Assembly: GCA_951406725.2 (NCBI GenBank)
Contig: OX597833.1
Coordinates: 8,308,001-8,372,000 of the forward strand
Length of the DNA stretch: 64,000 nt
Direction of reading: 5' to 3'
Source of the DNA: Octopus vulgaris
Taxonomy: Eukaryota
The translations under genes and the position numbers were made by a program. Below are positions 1 through 11,093 of this stretch, piece after piece (position 1 is the stretch's first letter; each line of letters opens with the position of its first letter). The notes under the pieces were generated by a model. The model had not been told where the DNA came from. It did no database searches and saw nothing but the letters and a program-made list of their open reading frames with translations.

Positions 1-959
1 TCCAGCTCCCCACCTTTATAAGAATAATCGTTTCTTCTATAGAAATATGTTCAACGGTGTTGGGATAAAGTCTGCCTTGGTTTCACTACGGAATCTTGCA
101 TGGCGTCTTCACTCGGGGAAATAATACAAGAAACAGACTTTGGAAAATAACAACGAGACTTTATTCCTCCATTCAATAATAGAGTGGACCAAATAAACAC
201 ATCACGAATTCATCGATCGTTTGGATAATTCAGCCCTGGCCGTCGTGGCCCCAGACGTTAGATTCGGAGATCTTAACCCAATCACTTTCTGCAATCTGAG
301 TTTTCTAAAACCACTCTCAAGCATTTTTAGGTTCTGCCGAACCATGACGGACCCCAGATTCCTAGGGCCGTGATCTTTCAAATGTTGATAGTCCACAGAT
401 GTGGTATTTATCAACTATCACACCTAAAGAGGCTCCAGGTGCTAAATCCCTCCGCCCTTGACCTCCATCGCAATCACCAAAATATTTGAATCTTTCGCTG
501 TCAGGATTAGCGTTAATCCAACTAATCTATGATTATTATTCCGGATCACCGTAAAATTTAAAGATTCGATGTGGGAGGATTCTTTGCAAGGAACTTTCAG
601 TTTTTCGAGTCCACTCTTGCCCCCTTGATTCTGTCCTTATTGGTTTCCAACCCATCCCCAATAGCTGTCTTCCCTCTCCATCAAGGGTGACCCTAGTCAT
701 AGTCTCTGGTCTTGAGATATTCGGGTGTCATTAAGATGCGAGTGTTCATATAGATCCCATCTGAGCACATTGTAGGTCAACCCTTACATTCACCATAGGG
801 TGTTGCGGTCATGTAACAACATTCTAAGGGTCCGTCCCGCCTGCCAATATACTGCGAAACATGCTTGTGGCCAGGAATGCGGGTCACCACCTCCACTTGC
901 CCCTTCGTCTCTGGTCTTCAAAAGTTTGCTCACGTTTCCATATGTTCTGCCCTAGTTGA

Positions 960-1740
<781 letters not shown>

Positions 1741-1799
1741 ATGGTTTGTAACAGGCAAAAGGTCACAAATAAATAAATGATAATAATGATTTCTTTTAA

Positions 1800-2019
1800 T
1801 AATAATCATTTCTACTATAGGCACAAGGCCTGAAATTTGGACGACGGAGACTGGACGATTACATCGACCCCAGTGTCTCACTGGTACTTAATTTATCGAT
1901 CCCGAAAGGATGAAAGGCAAAGTCAACCCCAGCAGAATTTCAACTCAGAACGTAACGGCAGACGAAATACCGCTAAGCATTTCGCCCGGCGTGCTAACGA
2001 TTCTGCCAGCTTACTGCCT
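1800..2019 (-). mobile_element. SINE family B
   Basis: Reverse complement of the ggcagaatcgttagcacgccgggcgaaatgcttagcggtatttcgtc head and the gccttgtgcc tail. Confidence 0.8.
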
Positions 2020-2021
2020 TA

Positions 2022-2074
<53 letters not shown>

Positions 2075-2084
2075 GTATTTTCTC

Positions 2085-3000
2085 ACAGATGCCGATGTTT
2101 ATTGCAGCGATCCAGCCCCTGAAAAACAAGCCCGAAACGCGCCGCTTTCAGGATGCTTTCCAAGTAGCGATGGTAGACTCTATCATACGCTTTGGACTGG
2201 TCCAAAATTCTTCAGAGCCTCACCGAAGCCAGTTTTAGTCCCAGCCCTCTGTGTATCGCATAAGGTGGAGGTTGGATGGACCTGTTCGGGATTGTGACCA
2301 TTTGCGCTTCTCCGACTCGACTACCGACAATAAGCGCCAACCTCGGCTAAAATCTTAAACTCTGTTGTGTTTAGTAAAGTTATGGGCTTAAAATTACCTA
2401 AAACATCCCCATTGTTGGCATCCTTTCTCATCAACGTCACCGAACTCCGGTTAACATCAAAAGGAATTCTCCTGTTCTGCTGTCAGTTACGACAAATGCC
2501 TGCCAAAAGGACGGCAAACAAATCTCTGGCTTAGAGTAGACCATCCAATCCAGGCAATTTGTGCAACCACTCATCGCCTCCCGGATTTCAGTGGCTGTTA
2601 TCGGTGTTTTGCAGAACCTCTCATCCGCTGCCGAGAGCCGCAGCAGGCTGTCCAGGTACGAACCACCATCATTGACCCATCGCCCTCCCAAGCAACCACG
2701 CGCCTGTCCTGATCTGTCAAAGACCCGATCGTGGTTTAGTTGCCGCGACGCGTCCCCACCGTTCAAGCCTAGCGCACGGGCCTCCGCTCTGATAATGCAG
2801 ATTCCGTGTTTCACCTCAAAGAAATGGCCAAGGACCATTCTTGCTGTTGGCACATCAGTGGCGATGCTTTTACTAATCGCTTTTACTTTCCCGTTTAGTT
2901 CTCCCTCTAATCTATTTCTTTCTATGGCTAGCTCTTTGCTAAACGCTATCGGTTCTGCTCGAATTGCTCAGCCTTAGAACTCGAAGATCAGATCATTATA
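2085..3000 (-). mobile_element. Degenerate L1/Tx1-clade LINE ORF2 (RT N-terminal part)
   Basis: Minus-strand translation gives TPITATEIREAM, NFKPITLLNTTEFKILAEV (~2395-2340) and LDQSKAYDRVYHRYL (~2205-2160), diagnostic non-LTR RT motifs, with frameshifts. Confidence 0.85.
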
Positions 3001-3864
3001 CCCGATGTCACGATTCTCTAGAATATTACCAACATCATAAAAAAGAAATCCGATCATTTAACTTTGAGTTGAACCGGCTCCAACAACAATTTCCCCTTTT
3101 GGCGCGTTTTTGTCCGATCCTAACCATCAATACATATTCAGCGCACCTTAGATACAACTGGGAGACAGCAGACAGACGGCGGTCAACGGTTAGGCCAAGC
3201 TAACGACACAAAAGCAACGAACAGTCAACGAACGAGAGACATTAAAAGGCATCCAAGGACCAGCTAACATTTTGACTGCTGCTAAAATCATACCAATTCA
3301 AGAACAATCTTTGCCAAACTCTCTCTCGACGTTTTGTCGTCCGTAGGAACGGTAGCAACCATTTTTTTCTTAAGAAAAGAATAACTATTTTCTTCATCAA
3401 AAACCTCAAATAGATTTCAGTGTTCTTCTTCGTAACATGCATTTAGTTATGTTTGGATTTCGTGTTATTGGGTGGGGGTTACCTATATTAATATTTTGTT
3501 GCGAGGCATAATTGTGTCCGCTAAGTGACATGATATTGAATGCTGCCCGCACGCACATCGCAAAGAATTAAACTTTACCACTTAGTTGGTGATCGTTTCT
3601 TTGACAGACGTTCTCCGTCCACATTCTCTGTTTCAATAATTTAAATTCCAGGGTTATCTCCCTTACCTTTCTGTACCAAAGTTTATCATAAAATCGTTGT
3701 TTTTTCACATTTTTTTTGTGCTTGAGGCTCAAATTCCAAAATCAAAAGGTATTCAAATTTGTACGTACCCCAGGGTACATTTCTCGTACCCTAGTGTACC
3801 ACCTTGTAACACATGCGCTGTCCTTGATATTGTTAAATTTTTTATTGAGTTTTTCCTTTTTTGA

Positions 3865-4165
3865 TATTTTTGAAGGTTTTAGTCGACAAGATCGACCTGT
3901 CTAATAGTTATTCTATCAGTCTCTGTATGCCGATCAGCTACGTTACGGGGACATATACAAACCAGCATCAGTCGACAAGCAGTAGGGAGGACAAACACAG
4001 ACACAAACACATGATGGGCTGCCTTACAGTTTCCATCTACAAATTCACTCTCAAGGCTTTGGTTGCTTCGGGTTTGTAGTACAAGACGATGGCCCGAGGT
4101 GCTGCACTGTGGGACGGAACCCGAAACCCCATGGTCACAAAGCAATCTTCCTAACCACACCGCTG
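3865..4165 (-). mobile_element. Diverged SINE family A
   Basis: Collinear similarity (ttacggggac, cagtttccatctac, aaggctttgg, aaccacac). Confidence 0.7.
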
Positions 4166-4928
4166 TGCTTGCACCTGAATTCAATATTAAAAATCGAAGA
4201 CGATCAAGGATCAATAGCGTGTCATGTGTTACAAGGCATCATGGGATACGAAAATATCCAATTGATAAACGTTTTGAAATTTCCTTTGGTTACGGGTGAG
4301 CTGGAAATTCATTGGGTTCGGCTTTTATATCACGAAGTAAATTAGCACCCCCCCTTAACTATTTATTTTCTATGCAGATGGTGTCCCTACGTAATATCTT
4401 CGTCATTTAACATAAATAAAGAACACAAGACAAGTTTAAAGAAATATTTGTTCCAACGTTTTTTATTGCTTCAGACAGAGTGGTGGGGGTGGGGTGGGAT
4501 AGGGGTGGGGGTGGGATAGGGGTGGGGAAGGGGAGGACGGGATTGAAACGACGACAACAACAACAATAACACGAAGAAGAAATGTCAAAGAAGGAAAGGG
4601 TCTGGAATGAGATTTCATTGTTTCCGTCGTTTGCTTATGAAGTGTCTTTAAGGAGAAAGGAGGAGACGTTGTGTTGTGGCGTTCATGCTGTACCCAATGG
4701 CATTTAGTTCGTGGTAGATGAGGCTGACAACGACGACGACGACGATGATGATAATGATGATGATGGTGATGGTGATGATGACGATGGGTAGTGATGATGA
4801 TGATGGTGGTGATGATGATGATGATGATGATGGTGATGGTGATGATGACGATGAGTGATGATGATGATGGTGGTGATGATGATGATGATGATGATGATAG
4901 TGGTGATGATGATGATGATGATGGGTAG

Positions 4929-4959
<31 letters not shown>

Positions 4960-4974
4960 GATGATGATGGGTAG

Positions 4975-5005
<31 letters not shown>

Positions 5006-5626
5006 GATGATGATGGGTAGTGATGAGCAGTAGGTGGGAGTGGGGTGGATGGCGATTGTGCTGCTGCTGCTGCTGCTATGAAATCAATTTTCATTGTGAA
5101 TTAGTGGCGGCAAGAAAGGATGGATACCCAAGCACATACATACACACAGACACACACACGTACGCATACACATATATACCATACAAAAATACATATATAT
5201 ACATATGTAATATATATACGTGTATATGTATTGTCGTATAGTATACATAATATATATATGTATGAATATGTATAATTTTGCATATGTATATGTCATATAT
5301 ATATATATATCTATACATATGTATATACACACACACAAACACACACACATATATAAATCATACGTTGGCATGTATACATACACATGCAGTCATATTGATA
5401 TATGTATGTATCGATAGATGGATGGAAGTCACTGTTCAGTTTTATTTCAAGATTTCTTGCCAAAAGAGAAAGAACCGGCTTCCAATCTAGAGCCAAAGCT
5501 CCTTCAATGGAATTTCAACATCGTATACATACATAAATCATACAAACATACACACAGCATACATACATACATACATACATACATCATACATACATACATA
5601 CATACATACATACATACATACATACA

Positions 5627-5657
<31 letters not shown>

Positions 5658-6269
5658 GTATATGTGTGAATATATGCGTGTGTGTACAGATTTTACCAAT
5701 TTTCCACAAATAGCCACAAAAGCCGCCAATGTGTAGGAACTCGTAATATATGTAAATTTATGCGAGAAACAGAGACTGCATACTCAGTTGATGGTTTCCT
5801 TCTATCGACCCTTCAGTTAATTGTGTATGGCAGGATTGGAAAGGAATGGAATGAGTGTATGTGACGGGATCACCAGCTGTCCTCTATCACGTGTCAAAGG
5901 GGTCTTCTTTGAAATTCTTGAGGAATATTTTAGGTATGTATCGGAAAGTAGATATTAGATCATGTATTTTATTTGTAATTGAGGTAAAATAGCAATTGAT
6001 GTGGAGTTTCTCTGTAAGACAGAAGATGCAGCAGTTTCGTCCGTTCGCAAGCGCCTTCCCCTTCTCTTTCTCTGGCCATAGTTTCTCCTCTGATTCACAT
6101 GATGTGAAAGTGTTGCGATGTTTTGGGAGTTGCGTTAATAAACTCGTGTAAAACGACTTCTCTGTAAACCCTATGCAGTTTCTTGATTAATCAAGCCCTA
6201 TGAGGCTTTTGATTGATGAGTTACTAAGAATGATAATAGTGTGCACAATACCTGTCTCAAGACATTTAC

Positions 6270-6965
6270 TCTTTAGAAATCAAAGCTTTATGTATCAGCA
6301 ATTGCATGCCGAGTCCTTTCATTTTATGCTTGACAAGAATTTTACATTATGAAACCCAATGTGATACAATATGATACACCATTTTCCTTTATTGTGTTCT
6401 TACGGCGGTTACTTGATGATATTGGTTTGTTAAATGCTTCTTGGTTGGGGGTTCAGGATCGAACCTCACTGAAATGCTCAGTGTCCCTGTTAAAGGTAGC
6501 TTTATCTCAACAGAACTCCGCAAACAGCCATGAATTTCGAAAAGATGTTCAAAAAACATAAATATGAACTATATCTACATGAAAACATGTCTGGTGTAAT
6601 TAAGGACCACAAGCCAAAAATATTTCAGGGACCCAACAAGCCATAGCTAAACAATGGAGCATCCTAGACTAAAAAGGGAGCTAAAAATTGTAGTGTGTGT
6701 GGATGTCCCTGTCAACAAGGCATCAATAAGCAATGTAGGGGTTACACTGAATCCTTTTAAAATTAGTCTCTACCAGTACAACAGCACTTTGCAGCATCAC
6801 TTGAAGGAGACCACAGCGCTTTCATAGTATAATTGAAAATTAATACTCAAACATTTTCTCACACCATTTCTGATGAAGGGATATATAAAATATCCCGGAA
6901 ACAGCTGTAAGACCTTTTTCTTGATAAATGTTATGAAATCTATTTACTGCCTTGGTATTTTTATT
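6270..6965 (+). mobile_element. Degenerate Penelope-like retroelement remnant
   Basis: Frameshifted traces resembling the PLE linker and GIY-YIG region (HEFRKMFKK..., MSGVIKDH, VGVTLNPFKISLYQYNST), ending in a hammerhead motif. Boundaries approximate. Confidence 0.5.
6866..6913 (+). ncRNA. Minimal hammerhead ribozyme at the 3' end of a Penelope-like remnant
   Basis: ttt-CTGATGA(6870-76)-a-gggata-tataaaa-tatccc-g-GAAAC-agct-GTA-aga. Stem III is palindrome ACAGCTGT. First stem II pair mismatched. Confidence 0.65.
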
Positions 6966-7802
6966 TCATTCTATCAATTTTTATACATACATACGCATAT
7001 ATATACCCTCATACATATACATATCTTGTAAATCCAGTGAACAACAAAAAGAACAACACATGAAGAGGTTTTAACATATAAGGTTCGAGTTTAACACTTT
7101 AATGGAAAAACAGTCTTAACGTTTCCAAGGTTATTCCTTCATCAGAAGAAAGACACAAGCACAGAGACAGCGAGGAAAAAATTTAGTCAGTTGAGTAAAG
7201 AAAATGGGTGAAGAGTTAGAAAATGGGTGAGGATGCTGTTTTATGGGGGGGGGGGGCGATGAGGGGAGAATGGGTGGGTGTTTATAAGTATAGGAGAATA
7301 CTTGTATTTGAGAACGAGTATAAAAGGGGCACTGATATGTGTATGTGGGTGTTTTAATGAGGCATGCATGTGTGTGTAGATGTATGCGAGTGTGGGAGTA
7401 TAGTAGCGAAGGTTAGCGGGAGTGTGAGGCTGTTGGTGTGTGTGTGAGTCCCAGCGTTAGGTGAGTGGTACGAAAGCACTATGGAAGGAGATGAGAGCCG
7501 GCGGCGCCAGTGTGGTGGAAGAATATTATTGCTGAAGGAGTGGCAAGAGGAATGTGGAGGGCGTGGTAGATGTGTGCACAAGTGTATGACAAAAAGTGTT
7601 AAAGGAGAGAGAGAGAGAGTAGCAAAGAGAGGAAGACTTTGGGTGTGGTAACTGTCGATCTCTTTGCTGAGGACGAATTATTTTTATGGTAGGACTCAAT
7701 ATAGTATAAAGTATATTGATTCGACTTGGACATTATTGAATAAACAGGTGAAGGGAAAACTTAAGCTTCCATTCAAAACAAGATTCTCTGTCTCTCCCTC
7801 CC

Positions 7803-7866
<64 letters not shown>

Positions 7867-7977
7867 CGCGTGCACACATGTACGTACTGCTAATTTGTTG
7901 ATAACTTCAGCAATTGAAAGCATTCAAAAGTTTTGAGTCATGAATATATTTTATGTACGATAACTGAAATAGCTTCC

Positions 7978-8073
7978 CTGACAGCAACTCGAGTTTCATG
8001 TTCAAATATGACATTTAACACAAATCTAATCAAATCTCTTCCTTTTTTAACATGAAACTTGAGTTTCTGTCAG
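7978..8073. repeat. Short inverted repeat, 25-bp arms
   Basis: ctgacagcaactcgagtttcatgtt / aacatgaaacttgagtttctgtcag, two differences, 46-nt spacer. Confidence 0.85.
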
Positions 8074-8717
8074 AAACCAGTTTAGGCACTATATTTATAT
8101 ATGTATATATATATATATATATATATTGGGATTTTACCTCGTACTTTTTTTACGCTTAAATCAATCAGTTTGTTGTATATTTTGGAGGCAGAAAATTCAT
8201 TGCTATTACAACTCAGATAACAACAGCAAATAAAACAGAAACGTCGTGTCCTAGAGGGTGGTGCCTCCCCGAGCAGTGAGGCAAACGAACTTGATCTTCC
8301 GTCGGTTTTCCCTTTGAAAATGGCGCCACCATATATAATATACACGATGTGAGGAGAATTCGACTTTGTGTACGAACCCCTAAAAACAAATCTTTAATTT
8401 TCACAGGGAACCACGCACAGAATTATTATCGTTGTCGGTGTTAGTGTTATTGTTGTTGTTGTTGTCGTTGTTATTAACATTATTATTGTTATTTTTTTAT
8501 AACTTATTATTATCATTATTATTATTGTTCTTGTTGTTTACTTCCCAGGGTGCTCAGTCTTGTTTGATTCTATGAGAGCGAACGACAACAACAGCCTCTT
8601 GTCAGAGGACTCAGAATGTCTCTTTGCGCTCATTAAAAGCTTCGTTATTTAGGTTTTAATTATCGTGGAAGACATTCAACACCCAAGTATTGTTCTCATC
8701 ACCATTATTATTATTAT

Positions 8718-8857
8718 TGTTCAAATTCCGCCGACGTCGACTTTACTTTTCATCCTTTGGGGGGTCAATAAATTAAGTACCAGTTCAGTACTGGGGGTCG
8801 ATGTAATCGACTATCCCCCTCCCCACAAATTCCAGGCCTTGTGCCAATAATAGAAAA

Positions 8858-8858
<1 letters not shown>
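8718..8858 (+). mobile_element. SINE family B 3' part with (ATT)n tail
   Basis: gttcaaattccgccgacgtcgacttt...caggccttgtgcc. Confidence 0.75.
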
Positions 8859-8906
<48 letters not shown>

Positions 8907-8922
8907 ATTATCATTATTATTA

Positions 8923-8968
<46 letters not shown>

Positions 8969-8969
<1 letters not shown>

Positions 8970-9301
8970 GAGTGAGAGAGCAGTGCATGCCATCAAAGTG
9001 ACACTGGGGTAGAATATACGAAGCCTATGTTTCCAAAGGTGATTTATGCAAACTCCAAATAATTCCAACACATGGCTATGATGCTCCCTGACTACTTCTG
9101 CTCGTGATCAGAGATGCACATATTGTCAGCCTTAACCTCAACTGGTTAAGGTCAAACAACTGACAAGCAAATCTGTGGTATTGAGCAGAATATTTGCTGT
9201 AGCCCATCTTTTATACCAAGACAAAACAATGTACATGATAACACTTCCAATCAGTTAAGATCAGAAGCCACGAGAGCCACTGTCTGGTACAGCATCAGGG
9301 C
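8969..9301 (-). mobile_element. Second, internally deleted copy of the TAA-tailed retroposon
   Basis: Shares gcatgccatcaaagtgacactggggta and ctcaactggttaaggtcaaacaactgacaagcaaatctgtggtattgagcagaatatt with the 43-kb copy, lacks about 200 nt internally, and is flanked by (ATT)n/(CAT)n. Confidence 0.75.
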
Positions 9302-9311
9302 ATCATCATCA

Positions 9312-9349
<38 letters not shown>

Positions 9350-9560
9350 GAGAGGGCTGGTGGAGTCGTTAGAGCGTCGAACAAAATACTGTGCAGTATT
9401 TCTGGATCTTTGTTTTGGGTTTCAATCCCACAAAGGTCCACTTTCCCTTTCATCCTTTGAGGGTCGATAAAAATATAGTACCAGTCATGTACTGGTGTCG
9501 ATGTAATCGACTAACCCCACCTTCCCTCAATCTGCTGACTTTGTGCCAAAATTCAAACCT
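9350..9560 (+). mobile_element. Diverged SINE family B with (ATT)n tail
   Basis: Collinear with other B copies. Confidence 0.7.
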
Positions 9561-9567
9561 ATTATTA

Positions 9568-9628
<61 letters not shown>

Positions 9629-9649
9629 GTCATTACATACTAATTTAAT

Positions 9650-9875
9650 TAGCAAGATTGTTATCTTGAGGTCTGATGGCAACAAGTCTTCTCAAATCTC
9701 AAGAATCTTTCTAAGGATTTCTGCAGAATACAGAATGATACTTTTCTGCCGGTCGACAATTCAGGTTTCAATTCCAGCCTCTGTCTTTTAGAAAGCATTT
9801 TGGGTTTTGGTCTGAGTGCACCAAATATCACAGCAATAATTGTAGTCTTAATCTTTCACGGTCTCATCAGCTCTC
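9650..9875 (-). mobile_element. 3' end of an R4/Dong-like (RLE) non-LTR retrotransposon
   Basis: Minus strand KTTIIAVIFGAL ... RQKSIILYSAEILRKILEI*, the typical C-terminus of R4/Dong-type ORFs. Ends toward the (TAA)n tract at 9560-9627. Confidence 0.7.
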
Positions 9876-9984
9876 AGAGGCGAGATATTAATATTTCTAA
9901 TCAATTTTATTATTATCATTATTATCCGCTTCAATTTCTTCTTTCAGGATTTTATTCACATAATTGTTGTTGTTGGTATCATCG

Positions 9985-10017
<33 letters not shown>

Positions 10018-10862
10018 GTAGTATTATTATTATTATTATTACATCAACAGATTCAAACAAAAACCTTTCCTATGAATCACGTTTCCTTTTTGAATTTTTT
10101 CATGTTTCTCTCTCTCTCTCTTTCTCTCACACGAATACAGTCAGACACACAAAATATTTGTATACACATGCATTCATGCATGCATACATACATACATTCA
10201 TGTGTAGACAGCCACACAAATTCGTTATTCACTCAGCTATATCTAAATTCCAAACCATTTTTCCTTGTTGTATACACAATGGCATATTAGTATATAATAT
10301 ATATTCTTTTATTCTTTATATACATAAATACATACATAAATATATAAATACATACATACATACATGCATGTATGTATGTATTTATATATTTATGTATGTA
10401 TGTATATACCACTGTATTACACTATATACACCAGTGTGATTGCAGGAGAGTTCTACTCGCGAACTCAAAGCATCAACTGAACCGAGACACAAGATGGCGG
10501 TTTACTGTGGAACAATAATGTAGAATATTTATATTTCATAATACATCTCTCTCCCTCTCTCACTCTCTCCCTCTCAGTCACTCACACTTACTCACTCTCT
10601 CTCTCTCTCTCTCTCTCTCTTACTCCTTGACTCTTTTATGTCTTTCTCTCTCTCTCTCACACACACGCACACAAAATATTCACGCAAATTGTATGAACAG
10701 CCTTTTCTTTCCATTTTCTCCTTTAAACTTCGGATAAAACATCACTACAACGAGATAACCGACACACAGACACACAGACAGACAGATAGACTGACAGACT
10801 GACTGACGGACAGACAGACAGACTGGCTGACAGACAGACAGACATACTGATTCGTATCTTAC

Positions 10863-10893
10863 CTGGGGCAGGTCTTTCCCCTGCCTCCTCCAT
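10863..10893 (-). other. Candidate exon end with short ORF MEEAGERPAP and strong donor, about 230 nt downstream of the GH31 stop
   Basis: tggATGG at 10893, then CAG|gtaaga donor at 10863/10862, phase 1. Confidence 0.4.
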
Positions 10894-11093
10894 CCAAGAC
10901 AACGATAGTTCCTTTAGCAAGAAACCCCATTTAATTAACAAGCGGTCCTTAAACTATCATTATCTGTCGAGATTTGGTAGAGTTCTGTTAAGTCTTTTAT
11001 TTTGTATGTCCGAATCGGTGAAACAAGATGGCCGAAATCTTACTTTATGTTTTGTGGACATCATTTCCCTTGAAGATAAAATAGCAAAGTTTA

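Noticed and set aside
1-900. Possible retroelement ORF1 remnant
   Set aside because: No motif could be recognised with confidence.
9845-9872. Minus-strand CTGATGA...GAAA hammerhead
   Set aside because: No stem II; lies within LINE coding remnant.
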